DNA of 63,778 nucleotides, counting the filler, from Craspedostauros australis (lineage: Eukaryota), in assembly GCA_030167865.1 (NCBI GenBank). It is 8 parts of 8 records of this genome, joined end to end, with 100 filler letters (N's around TTAATTAATTAA, not from the genome) between each part and the next. Parts side by side here need not be neighbours in the genome. Positions count along the whole stretch, not along the records: positions 49,274 to 57,489 come from JALAGF010001924.1; positions 57,590 to 58,782 come from JALAGF010001925.1; positions 58,883 to 60,802 come from JALAGF010001931.1; positions 60,903 to 62,438 come from JALAGF010001933.1; 4 more parts are not named here. One strand, given 5' to 3'. The position numbers and the translations under genes are program-made. Shown piece after piece: positions 50,138 to 61,316 of this stretch (positions are counted from its first letter, which is position 1; the number at the start of each line of letters is the position of its first letter). The notes beneath the pieces were generated by a model. That model was not told the DNA's origin. It saw nothing but the letters and a program-made list of their open reading frames with translations, and searched no databases.

Positions 50138-50848
50138 TTGTCCAAACATTAGATGCTGTTGCAAGAGGATAGAGTACTCTTCAAGTGTCTCCAGAGAGAG
50201 AGTGGAGTTGTGCCCTTCGACAAAAAGAACAACCCAGAACAAACTCTGGCAACGCGGTGATGGCGACATCAAAGAGCGTGCCTTCACAACCTCGTGAACC
50301 AATTCTCTGCAATTGCGATGGAACATGGTCCCATTCCTCCTCACAAACTCCTCCACCTTTGTTCACAATTTGCATTTGTGGACATCCCCAGCATTTTGAT
50401 TGGTCGTGATTCACACAATTGCCGCAAGTGTGCATTTAACTCACGCTGGGAAACAGCGAAATCCGAAAGAACACGTCACGGGGTGGGTAATTTCAGCGCA
50501 AAAAATGCCCCCCACAGCGCAAGATCTTGACTCACCTTGTTGTCGCGTTGTGCAGAACGGCGCGTGGTGAATTGTGGTTGATTGCTCTGCGTTGAGTTGT
50601 TGTGGCACAGCTCGCACTCGTATTCTTACGTTCAGAGACCAGTGTCCGTGCATGGCCCTATTTGTTCTGTGGTGGATGGCGACACCGCACTAAACGTGTA
50701 TTAGCGCCATACGCGCACACAACAACCAGTGCACAGAACAAGAGAAAGGTGGATTGGTTGTCGTCATCACATTGAAGATCGCGCTCCCCTCGTTGCCAGT
50801 AAATCATCAGCATCATCATCAGCAGCATTTGAGGAAGGAGCCGCTGCC

Positions 50849-53776
50849 ATGCCGTCGATGGTGCATCAGGTTGATACGAATGATGATGGGAAGCTCGAGA
50901 TGATGATCGAAGATGTTTGCGTTGATGTCCATGATGTCCGTGCTGAGCAAGATACAGGTATAGATGCAGGCATTGATGCAAATGCACACACTCACATCCA
51001 TGGTGGCGACAGCAACAGCAGCAACAGCATCAAGGACCCAAGCCTGACGGACCATGATGGCAACAGCAGCAATGCTCATTCCAAGGACAGCAACAGCGAC
51101 ACGAGCAGCAGCGATGATGATGACGAAGATGACGACGACGATGACAATGGGTACCTCATGCAGCTCTACGAGAGCAGGAAGAGGCGGATGCGAGACTACG
51201 ATCGCAGGGTCCATTCGAGCAGCAGGTACAGATCCCTGTCCATGTCAGGTCTGTCCGAGGAGGCGCCCCATGAGGCTGATTACGGAGAGTACACCGACCA
51301 GGATCGTCGCCTGCCCATCGAAACGCCGGATGCGGGGTCCGTTGGTGTTCCTGCACCACCACAATCAACAGCCCAGAGACTTAGCCTGGAGGGGGTTGAC
51401 CACAGTGAACCGTCAGCGACCTCGCAACCAGCCTCAATGATTGGTGTGCCAGATGTCACGATGACGAGCCCATCAGCTGTGATGACATCACTCACGCCGC
51501 AAGCAGCCACACCCAACCCAGCACCACATGCAGTGGTACCATCAATACCACCCTCACTGTTACCACCAACATTGTCGCCAGCGACGGAACCTACGAACGA
51601 GACGGTAGATCCATCCGGCCGCGAACCACCCACACAGATCCTCGTGGGACAAGACGGCGAAACATTTGCCAGCGAAGATGAGCTCACCCAATCGGTCTCG
51701 GAGCTGATGTCTCTCGCTTTGACCGAAGGAACGGGCGCTTCACTGTTGCACCCGGCTGACGATGCCCACCACATCCAGGACGACGCGGAGCAGCCGCACA
51801 ACTCACACCCAATCCATGACGCAGTGTCGATCGAAGATCAATCGGCGAACAAGGATTCGGCCATCATGGTGGCATCGCACCTGGAGTCATCGCACCTGGA
51901 ATCATCGCAAGGATCGCTGCGGGGGACGTTGCCAGAGGTTGGCGCAGACATCGAAATGCAGGCAGAACTTGTGTTGGAACCTGCGCCAGTCCACGATCAT
52001 ATCAGCGCCGATGCTGGTGCGAGTGCAGACGCGAACGTTGATCCGTGCGATGATCTTCACAGCTCCGCGCACCAACCTCAGGAAGAAGGGGCCAACATAG
52101 CGAAGAACGACTCCAATCTGTGCCTGACGGAAGAAAGTCATCTCCCAAGCCACCAGCCGTTTTCGCACACAGCATCTCCAGATTCCGAGTACGACGTCTA
52201 CGCGTTGCTCGTGGACAACGAACAGGATGATCGAGCAGTGGAGATCCCCCTGTACACGGCCTCGCGACCGCATATGCGGGCATTTCACTTTGCGTGGATC
52301 TCATTCTTCATCGCCTTCTTCACCTGGTTCGCAATGACGCCGCTCCTCAGCGAGATTGCCAGATCGCTGGACCTGTCTCGCAAGGAGATATGGACGAGCA
52401 GCACTCTGGCGGTCGCCGGGTCCGCCGTCACCAGGATCCTCATCGGCCCCATCAACGACATCTACGGCGCGCGGTGGTGCATGTTCGGCACCTTGCTAGT
52501 CAGCGCCGCGCCTTCCCTCATTTCCGGCCTCGTCATTCATAATTCGGTGTCGCTGTACATGGTCCGCCTCGTCATCGGCGTTGCAGGATCCGCATTCGTC
52601 ACGTGCCAGTACTGGACGACCTCCATCTTCACGACGGAAGTTGCGGGGACGGCCAACTCCCTTGCCGCCGGCTGGGGCAATCTCGGCGGCGGCGTGGCGC
52701 AGGTGGTCATGGGATCGCTCCTCTTCCCTCTCTTCAAGCTCATCTACGGCGGAAACGCCTACGGCAACACGGCGTCAGCACCAGATGACGACCATACCAG
52801 CGCCAGCATCGACGTCAGCAGCAACGACGAGTTCGATCGTCCCTCCGACCTGGCCTGGAGGACCGTCATGGTCTTCCCGGGCCTCGCCTCCCTCGTCATG
52901 GCATTCGTCTGCATCCGATACTCCGACGACTGTCCCAAGGGCAACTTCCGCGCCCGCCGGCTGCTGGGTCTGATGAGGGACAACACGGCCATGGAAGCCT
53001 TGGTGGGCGGCGCGGCGAACTGGAACACGTGGTGCCTCTTCATCCAGTACGGATGCTGCTTCGGCGTCGAGATTACCATGACCAACGCCGCCGCGCTGTA
53101 CTTCCAGGAAGAGTTCGGCCAGAGCACGGAGAGCGCCGCCGCGATCGCCTCCATCTTCGGGTGGATGAATCTGTTCGCCCGGAGCATCGGAGGGCTCTCA
53201 TCCGACATTGCCAGCTCGAGGTACGGCATGCGAGGTCGTCTGTGGGTCCAGACGCTGAGCTTGCTCGCGGAAGGCGGCCTGGTCTGCCTCTTCTCCATCA
53301 CCGACACCATGGCGATGGCGATCCTCGTCATGGTCGTGTTCAGCATCTTCGTGCAGGCCGCGGAAGGATCGACGTTCGGCATCGTCCCGTACGTGGATCA
53401 TGCCGTGACGGGATCCGTGTCGGGCATCGTCGGCGCCGGTGGCAACGTCGGTGGCGTCGCATTCTCCCTGATCTTTCGGCAGCGCGACAACCGCACGGCC
53501 CTCCTCTGGATGGGTTGCATCGTGCTGATAAGTTCCTTGGTGTCGGCCCTGGTGCACATTCCAGGCCACCGGTCCATGCTGCGCGGGGATGACGCAGTCG
53601 AAGTGCGACGCCGCAGAGCGCAGCAGAACGAGCAATTCGGCAGGCTTCCCAACGTCGACTTTCACCGCGCGGGCGATGAGGATCCGCGCATCTCCGTGCG
53701 TCGCAGCGAAGACAATGGCATGACGCAGGACGCAATGGAGGATGTGTCCAGCTCCGGCCTGGAGGAGGATGTTTAG
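50849..53776 (+). CDS. NRT2: High-affinity nitrate transporter (NRT2/NNP family, MFS) with long acidic N-terminal extension
   Basis: RPHMRAFHFAWISFFIAFFTWFA, GSAFVTCQYW, nitrate signature AGWGNLGGG, QYGCCFGVEITM, FGWMNLFARSIGG, GMRGRLW, FGIVPYV, GIVGAGGNVG. First in-frame ATG is at 50849; the transporter core starts ~52190. Confidence 0.95.
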   Translation: MPSMVHQVDTNDDGKLEMMIEDVCVDVHDVRAEQDTGIDAGIDANAHTHIHGGDSNSSNSIKDPSLTDHDGNSSNAHSKDSNSDTSSSDDDDEDDDDDDNGYLMQLYESRKRRMRDYDRRVHSSSRYRSLSMSGLSEEAPHEADYGEYTDQDRRLPIETPDAGSVGVPAPPQSTAQRLSLEGVDHSEPSATSQPASMIGVPDVTMTSPSAVMTSLTPQAATPNPAPHAVVPSIPPSLLPPTLSPATEPTNETVDPSGREPPTQILVGQDGETFASEDELTQSVSELMSLALTEGTGASLLHPADDAHHIQDDAEQPHNSHPIHDAVSIEDQSANKDSAIMVASHLESSHLESSQGSLRGTLPEVGADIEMQAELVLEPAPVHDHISADAGASADANVDPCDDLHSSAHQPQEEGANIAKNDSNLCLTEESHLPSHQPFSHTASPDSEYDVYALLVDNEQDDRAVEIPLYTASRPHMRAFHFAWISFFIAFFTWFAMTPLLSEIARSLDLSRKEIWTSSTLAVAGSAVTRILIGPINDIYGARWCMFGTLLVSAAPSLISGLVIHNSVSLYMVRLVIGVAGSAFVTCQYWTTSIFTTEVAGTANSLAAGWGNLGGGVAQVVMGSLLFPLFKLIYGGNAYGNTASAPDDDHTSASIDVSSNDEFDRPSDLAWRTVMVFPGLASLVMAFVCIRYSDDCPKGNFRARRLLGLMRDNTAMEALVGGAANWNTWCLFIQYGCCFGVEITMTNAAALYFQEEFGQSTESAAAIASIFGWMNLFARSIGGLSSDIASSRYGMRGRLWVQTLSLLAEGGLVCLFSITDTMAMAILVMVVFSIFVQAAEGSTFGIVPYVDHAVTGSVSGIVGAGGNVGGVAFSLIFRQRDNRTALLWMGCIVLISSLVSALVHIPGHRSMLRGDDAVEVRRRRAQQNEQFGRLPNVDFHRAGDEDPRISVRRSEDNGMTQDAMEDVSSSGLEEDV

Positions 53777-54147
53777 CATCCGTGATGAACCATTACGAAC
53801 GCGCCGATCTCGGCTCCCCCAATGTATATCTGTGTGAATGCAATTCAACGACATGTGTCCGCAGTCCGCAACTACGAATGCGAGCATATGTGCATCGTGG
53901 ACTGCGATGTATATTCAATTTTTCGACATGCTGCTCGCAGTGAAGGATCTGATTCCACAAGCGGACAGACTCACAGCTCGCCATCTACCATCCACTACAC
54001 TGCGATGACAATGGCGACAGTAGCAAGTGCATCATCTGTGTAAATGTAATTGTTCATGTATCACTAGTTCATGGCACGCCTTCTTCATGCTCGTAGAGAC
54101 GATAGGATGTAGAGTAGTCGTACGCGTGCCCTGATTTCTCGTCTTCT

Positions 54148-54606
54148 CTACAGCTCTTCATGCTCGATGGTTCCTGGTTCCAGAACGTTGAAATTGCGAT
54201 GCACGCTCCAGGCACTCCATGCATCGTCCACCCGCACGCGCAGATTGAAGCGGTTGTACCCCGTCGGCGCGCCTGGCATGACCAAGCACGGTCGGTTGCC
54301 GCATTCTCCGCTGCGTCCGATGGGAACGTGCCGTATCTCTCCCATGGTGTCCAAGATCCCGGTGGCGTCATCGACGGTGCACTGATGGCACACCTCGTAT
54401 TCCTCGGCATCCGCCACGCGATCCCATTGCAAGATGATCTTGCGCAGATCCTCTTCGCCTTCCACCATCTTCCCTTCGGCGCCGCGACGATGATTCTTGA
54501 CGCGGGCGGTCAGATCGAATTCCGGTCGCTGCGGGATGTCCGCGGCTGTTGTCGTGGCGACGGCACTGAGCACGGCGCAAAGCGCAATGGGGAGAGTTGG
54601 CTTCAT
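54148..54606 (-). CDS. Small secretory-pathway protein, single FN3-like domain, WSxWS motif, C-terminal HEEL
   Basis: Signal peptide MKPTLPIALCAVLSAVATTTAA; I.LQW..V..A..YEV and F.LRVR...WSAWS FN3 pattern; four cysteines after the signal peptide; ends HEEL*. Confidence 0.8.
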   Translation of the reverse strand: MKPTLPIALCAVLSAVATTTAADIPQRPEFDLTARVKNHRRGAEGKMVEGEEDLRKIILQWDRVADAEEYEVCHQCTVDDATGILDTMGEIRHVPIGRSGECGNRPCLVMPGAPTGYNRFNLRVRVDDAWSAWSVHRNFNVLEPGTIEHEEL

Positions 54607-55249
54607 CCTTGCTCGTGCTGTTGCTTCTTCTATCTCTGGGGAGAGTTGGTGGGAATGGACCTATGGCTCGGTGGAGCGAATGTGCAGGAGGTCGACGGAA
54701 AGTATGAACACTCTCGTGGTTGCGTTGGTGTGTTGATTCCGTTTGTGTTGTCATTGGTAACGCAGAATCTGGCCGTTTGGCGCGAAATCCAATGAAAAAG
54801 CATTCTTGGGAGATTCAGCGATATTTTGGCCAAAAAGGCTAAGAATATACCGAAGGACAGACGAAATCAGTTCGTTTTCACGCAACATGACACGCAAAGA
54901 TCGAAAGATGTTGTTGTGGGCGTCATGTTCGCAATCAGGATCAGAATCGTCCCCATGTCCATGCCCATGCTAATACCAATACTCACAGCCACCACTGCGA
55001 GAACATGATGAATGCAGGAGATGACTGGGCGGTGAAGAATAACGCAGGGGTTTGGTGGATCCGCGTGATCGAAGAATGATGTGCTGATGACCAATCGGTC
55101 GAGAGAGCATGGAATGATGGATTTCAATTGAGCGTGGTAGTCGTACGAGTGCTGATACGACTGTGGTCGATGAGTTCTTCGTCACAGTGGCAGCATGTTA
55201 CGGAGGAGGAGGAGGAAGACGAGGTGCGTTCCTCAATTGGCTTGTCGCA

Positions 55250-56290
55250 ACAGAGACTACCGGGGAGACGAGCACACAGTGGGTGGCAACTACGCTTTGG
55301 GAACCAGAGGTCGTAGCTGTGATCACAGCCGTTCCTCTCCTCTCGATGGTTGTCGAGTGTCCAGGTATCATCGTCACACAATATCGTAATAACACTTCCT
55401 TCTCTACTTCCATTGACGCACAATGTTTCTTCTACGATTGTTGTGCTGGATTGTCTGGAGCAAGCAAGGAACATTAGTGCCCATGTCGTCTTGTTGCGGA
55501 ATGAAAGAATCAAAGCAACGAACGTTCATCCATCATCATCTCTTCGGATTGTGCCGATCGTGTTCTGTGGCCAATCGTTTGCGTGTTTGTGTCCTCGCTT
55601 TTGGATACGAGTGGCGTGTCTTCGTACTTGGAACATGATGATGAAGCGTTCTTTCTCACTCAGTCTGATCTAAGATCATCAGGGTGCTTGACTCAACATG
55701 CGGCACGGCTTTCGTGCCCACTCCTCACTTGAATCACAACTTTGGAACTCCTGTTGGTCCAAAGGCAAGCAAAAGCAGGAGCAAGAATCCCAACACCATC
55801 TTTCCATGGCAAGATCGAGCTTGGTGCTGTGGAAGACACAGACACCGCTCTCTTGTTGTGCCAAACCACATGTTGATGTCCACCGACAACCTCCTCCTCA
55901 TCTTCATCTTGATCTTTGTCCCCAGGATCGTCCGAAGTCTCGCTGACGACTTGGCGGCAGGTGTCTCCGACATCATTGCAAGCACTCTCGGTGGCACTCC
56001 AGCAGAACTCGTGGGAAACTCCACCCTTGCAGCAGTCATAGACGACAACAGTGAATAGTGGTGACTGCTGAAGATTGCAAGACCAAGGCAAACAGAAGCA
56101 AGCGCATCTTCAAGTCAGGAAAGGCCACGATCGTAGTCAAGAGCGATGGCCCGTGCGAGTAGAGACATGATGGTAGAAGCCTTGGGTGAGCGACGAAGCT
56201 GGGGATCCTCCAACATGATGACACTGTATGCTCTACCTATCAAATGGCAATGTTATCAATAGTAACGGAACCTCTCTAGAGAGAATCGAG
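55250..56290 (+). pseudogene. Possible decayed single-pass receptor-like (LRR-RLP type) gene N-terminal part
   Basis: A TM segment (LLLIFILIFVP) followed by a helical stretch and later LYLSNG, resembling the pre-LRR region of diatom LRR receptors; broken by stops and frame changes. Confidence 0.25.
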
Positions 56291-56504
56291 CCGTTCGGAA
56301 GGCAAGTGCAGTCTCCGTCGCGGCCATGCCCTGCCACTCCGCTAGCAAGACATGATCAGATACTCAAAGCCTTGTTTGGACATACTCTTACGTATGTGCG
56401 TATGAACGTCCAAATGTATGTGTGGTAGTCAAGATGTCTTAGTTTACCTCCATGCTGTCGACGAACAGAAGTGAGCAAGTCGATACCTGTTGGCAGCGCC
56501 CCTA

Positions 56505-57482
56505 CTAGTTCACCTGCTCCTTCAACACGCCGGAAGCCTTGAACTTGATCCGTTGCTTCTCAGGGATCTTCATTTGGGCCATCGTCTGTGGGTTGGTGCC
56601 CATTCGCGCCTTGGATGTCTTTCTAGACAAGCTTCCGAACTTGGTGAGTCTGACAGTCCCGCCATCCACAATGGTCTTTTCATTGGTGTGATCAAGAAGC
56701 GTCGTGAGTACAGAACGGCAGAGAGAGAGAGAGAGAGAGTGGTGAGTTGTTGAGTGCAAGATGTGGCAAGGTGACTGTATCATCATCAGCAGAAGCAGCA
56801 ACAGTGGTGACGCTATCTCGTCATTGGAATGACACATGCTGATGGGCGATCATCAACACAACGGTCCCAGTCAATGATCCGATTTACGCGCGAAGTCAAG
56901 TACGAGGACTCATTGTTTGCTGCCAACAACCGATGAAGCGATGATACAATGGATCAACCACAACCACGCATGCACACAGCTGTGGAACGAGCTACCATGA
57001 GATCACATGTTCATCCACTCGCCCAGTGCAATGCAATGCAACTCAGCCCAACCCGTCTCTGATGGATAGATGATGGATCGTGCCGTGCGAAACGAATGTG
57101 CGTGAACTGGAAGTGTAGAATCACCTCTACTCTAATATGCCACCTCCCACCAGCCTGTGTGTGCGTATACACGCATCGATACATCCATGCATCTGCGCTT
57201 GTTGCGCTGACTGAGGTTCCTTACTTGTGTCATGAAGTCAACGATGGAATCCACAATCCGCTTCGACTTTGCCTTGGAGAGTTCGTGTTCGGCGGCAACA
57301 TGTTCAGCGATATTGATCTTGGTGATGAGATTGCTCTTGGACTTCGATTTGGCTGCCATGAGCACGCTCTGCGTGCTGGAGAAGGGCCGCGCCATGGCCA
57401 TCTTCATTGCGCTTGCGCTTGCTGCGCCATGCTGCATCTGCAACCGCCGCAGCACCATTCGAGACGAAGAAGACATCATCAT
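56505..57482 (-). CDS. Bacterial-type histone-like DNA-binding protein HU with mitochondrial-type presequence, 2 exons (57482-57225, 56675-56505)
   Basis: Exon 1 ITKINIAEHVAAEHELSKAKSKRIVDSIVDFMTQ plus exon 2 TIVDGGTVRLTKFGSL..ARMGTNPQT..IPEKQRIKFKASGVLKEQVN forms an HU fold. GTAAGG donor, AAG acceptor with a CTCAC branch-like site, phase 0. N-terminus is Arg/Ser/Ala-rich (RPFSST). Confidence 0.9.
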
Positions 57483-57589
57483 GTTGCGTNNNNNNNNNNN
57501 NNNNNNNNNNNNNNNNNNNNNNNNNNNNNNNNNTTAATTAATTAANNNNNNNNNNNNNNNNNNNNNNNNNNNNNNNNNNNNNNNNNNNN

Positions 57590-58740
57590 AGAAGAACCAA
57601 AAGAAGTATGGTCACTTACCAGCGAAACAAGCTGAAGTAAACCCATGAAAAAGAGTCAATGTCGACCTCATTGGGCCATACACGATCACCACTCCATCTA
57701 AAAAGAAGCGCGAGATGAGAGCAATAACAGTGATTGATCCAGCAACTGGAAGGTTCGGAATTGCCGCAATTGGCAAACCAAACAATGATGAAACCTAAAA
57801 GGCCTTTGATAGCCAATGGCTCGCATATTACCCACGAACCAGCCAATGCGGGTTCGATAATGGAAGCGAGTTCAAACTCCTGCTCTCTATGATGTGCGAT
57901 ATCTTCAAAATCAAGAAGAAAATCACAAGTAGCTACAACCCACAAGGGAATGCCATCGTAGAGCGAATCCATCAAGTATTGGGCGATGCGTTCTGCACGT
58001 TCAAACTAGATGCGATGGAAAATGAAGGTGAAGAACCTTGGGAGCCCTTCCTGATGGCAGTTGCCTATGCAGTAAGGACCATGTACCACACCACACTCCA
58101 AGCAACCCTTGGACAATTGGTGTTTGGACGAGACATGCTCCTACCAGCCCGATTCAAAGTAGATTGGGCTCACATCGCACAATGTAAACAGGATGCTATC
58201 AATCGATCCAATCAAAGAGAAAACTCTCTCAAAGGATTGCACACCAATAAAAAATTGGGGACAAAGTCTTAGTGACTAAGCCAGACATCCTTCCAAAGAT
58301 GGCCCAGCCATGGGAAGGACCATACACTGTCAAGGACGTATTTACGAATGGCACACTCCTAGTACAGAAAGGGATAGTAACCGAATGCATCAACCTGCGT
58401 CGGATCACCCCATTCTTCGAGTAGTGACCATCGGGAAGCGAGTGCCCTAGACGGCTGGCTAGATAGACTATTGGTGACACAAGACCTAGACTTGTGCACA
58501 ATAGATACTAGTCATCAATAAGTCACCCAAGCAATCACATTGCCAGTCACACCTACNAGTCGTGTTAACAGTCAATCAAGACTGACGAGTCGTGAATCAA
58601 AATTGAAATCAGATTAGTCAAGACTCAAACTGAAGTCGGATGAGTCAAGGTTCCAACTGGAAGTCGGATGAGTCAAAGCTCCAGTTGGAAGAATGATCGG
58701 TCAAGATTCAATCGTAAAAATATTTGCATATGAAAGGAAT
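57590..58740 (+). mobile_element. Decayed Ty3/gypsy integrase, polypurine tract and start of 3' LTR
   Basis: KYGHLP, VDLIGPY, ID.ATG, YPRT..CGFDNGSEFK, YNPQGNAIVERIHQV, YHTTLQAT.GQLVFGRDM, PWEGPYTV..V.TNGT, INLRRITPF* (stop 58424). Purine tract at ~58432-58442, then TGCCCTAG. Confidence 0.9.
58604..58710 (+). repeat. About 4 degenerate tandem units of ~27-28 bp (core gaagtcggatgagtcaa)
   Basis: Direct reading: gaaatcagattagtcaag / gaagtcggatgagtcaag / gaagtcggatgagtcaaa / gaagaatgatcggtcaag. Confidence 0.65.
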
Positions 58741-59030
58741 ATCGCCATCCAAACCCTGACCTCCATCCAAAACGAGAAGTCTNNNNNNNNNNNNNNNNNN
58801 NNNNNNNNNNNNNNNNNNNNNNNNNNTTAATTAATTAANNNNNNNNNNNNNNNNNNNNNNNNNNNNNNNNNNNNNNNNNNNNAAATATCTCGATGAGGTT
58901 ATATTGTACTGTGGGAATTGCTATTTGTAATACAATATCACTCATATCAGAGCGAAGTCGCAGGTCGATAGTCTGGAGAGAGCAACTGATTCATCGCCCA
59001 CTCTAATTTCCGTCATCAGCCTGAGTCTCA

Positions 59031-59170
59031 CTTTGTCCGGCTTTGTCTGATTTTGTCTACTTCTGTCTGACTTTGTCTGACGCTTTCTGATTCTGTCTGG
59101 TTTTGTCTCACTTTGTCCAATTCGGTCAAATTTTGTCTGACATTGTCTGACATTGTCTGCCATTGTCCAA
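59031..59170 (+). repeat. Degenerate 10-bp minisatellite (consensus ~ytttgtctga, ~14 units)
   Basis: Successive decamers ctttgtccgg, ctttgtctga, ttttgtctac, ttctgtctga, ctttgtctga ... cattgtctga, cattgtctgc, cattgtccaa. Confidence 0.85.
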
Positions 59171-59942
59171 CTCATTTTTAGGCACAATTTCGGATCTCAG
59201 ATGACAAATGCAAAGAAGCAAAAATATCCATTTTTCCATTCAAGAACAATTTCTCAGCAATAATCCTCCATTATCGAGTCCCGTAATGAGTAGTTGACAG
59301 AGAAAAACTCATGAAATGGACAATTTGTTGGGTGTCCCTGATGTTTGCTTTGGGACACTTGTTCTTCCTTGCCGTGATTGAATTCTTGGCGCTGTGACCG
59401 GGAAGCGGGTGCGGCTTTTGACGCCTTTCGGGTCGCTTTTCCTCTTTGTGTGGATGAAGACGATTGGCGGGGCGAGTGTCTCTCAATAGGCCAAGTAAAT
59501 GGGATCATGTTGCCGCTTGGACGGACCCAGAATTGGGATTCCCGTGTCATGACACTGCTGCACATTCCAGCTTCCGACATTGACCCAAGAGAGCGAAGTC
59601 ATCAAGTCCAAACGCTGACTATGCGCAAGAGCTTTCCGCCTCCCTTCACGCACAACGAAGACCACAGCGCCACCACGCCCAAACCGACATCAAGAATGAC
59701 ATCAAGACTGCCAGCAACGCCACAGCAAAGGCCATGTACGCACCTGACTCGTACATGTACTAATACACGGTCGGCGAGACCAACCACCAATCTCAGCGAA
59801 AGCGAAAGCGCCAAGCGCATGTCCTGATCACAATCTCAGGCGCTGCCACAACCGCAATCACAATTACGCCCACGATTACGCCCACCAGCCCACCAACGAG
59901 CACACTTACCAACACAAACGCAGACACGTTGAGACTCTCATC

Positions 59943-60802
59943 ATGGCGGCGCGGATGATCGAACTGAAGGCGAAGCGCGCAACGATGTCCCATCGCGACA
60001 TCGCCCCGCTGTTGCCGACCACAGGCAAGGAGTCACCCGCTCCAACTCCGGGCGAGGAGATCATGAAGGAGATCATCACGTCGAAGGCCAAGCTAACGAG
60101 CACCGTATCTATGACGGACAACGATTCCTCCTTCGACCTCGCGTCCAAGCAGTCTCTCAACTTCGACCGCGCGGGTCTCGTGGGACGCGACAAGGAGAAG
60201 CGGATCATGTCCAACGCCATCCGCCAGCTGCTCAAGCAGCAACCTGCCGACGGCGAGGCTCTCAAGACCCTGTGCCTCATCTCCGGTCCGTCGGGTTCCG
60301 GCAAGAGCAAGCTCGCCACGCACTACCGGCAGCACTGCCTGGACAGCTTCGCGTTCTTCGTCTGCGGCAAGTTCGATCTGCATCAAATGGAGGAGCCCTA
60401 CGCCGGCATCCGTAGTGCGATGGGGGAGCTCATGGAACAGATCAAGTTGCTGCCGCCCAACGACGTCGTCGGCGCAACCATGGACGATCCAAGGAGGGTC
60501 TCGCGCGTGCATCAGGCGCTGGTCCGCAATCTGTCGTCCAGCGAGCTGAGGACGCTGCACAAGATCGTCCCTGGTATGTACAAATGGATGACGGGCGAAG
60601 ATGCCGTCACCGTCGGCACGCGGCAAAGCAAATGTGCGGACCTCACCAGCAGGGATGCAACCAGCGACGATGTCAACAACAGCAATGTCAACAACAGCAA
60701 TAATGATGACAATAGCGACACTGCAGCCATCATCACGAATACGGAGCTGGTTGGCAGTAACTCCATGATCCAGCAGAAGTCGCTTGCAACCCTATCGATA
60801 GG
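59943..60802 (+). CDS. N-terminal part of second STAND/AAA_16 ATPase (paralog of 5391-9767), runs into a gap
   Basis: LVGRDKEK, Walker A GPSGSGKS, FVCGKFD..EPYAGI..AM.EL, collinear with the first ATPase. Confidence 0.85.
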
Positions 60803-60902
60803 NNNNNNNNNNNNNNNNNNNNNNNNNNNNNNNNNNNNNNNNNNNNTTAATTAATTAANNNNNNNNNNNNNNNNNNNNNNNNNNNNNNNNNNNNNNNNNN
60901 NN

Positions 60903-61316
60903 CAACAGGGCACACTGTGAACGCCTAAGTGCAGCGCAACGCAGTACACCGCATCAGCCTGGATGCGTCAACAACAACAACAACAACACCGCATCAGCGT
61001 GAATGCGTCAACAACAGGAACATCACACGAGAACCAGCAAAGCAGGCAGACATCACAGACAGAGAGCGCTACTCCCCAGAGTAGATCACACAGAATAACG
61101 ACAACAGCACGAACAAAACCAAAACAAACACCAAAAAACAACGAAAACAACAGAAACAGAAACACAAAGGAGAGCACTAACTAAGTACTCNATAGTAGTA
61201 GGAACAAACAAAGTACCATGATGGGTGCACATCACATATTTATGTCTAATCAAGTACCTAGTCTTGCCAATTCCGACATAAAAAGTAAGCTTTTCTCCTT
61301 TTCCGACAACTCCCAG
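60903..61316 (+). repeat. 414-bp segment duplicated at 62539-62952
   Basis: The two copies read the same, including the ambiguous N (61191/62827); both start right after a gap linker. Confidence 0.9.

Noticed and set aside
52759..53887. Long antisense ORFs over NRT2 (similar ones over UFD2, the ATPases and the RRM gene)
   Set aside because: Expected by-product of C/G-ending codon bias on the sense strand.
45101..57482. Horizontally acquired bacterial island (MerC, HU, NRT2)
   Set aside because: MerC and HU carry eukaryotic targeting peptides, HU has an intron, NRT2 is of the eukaryotic type, and the genes are interspersed with retroelements, not operonic.
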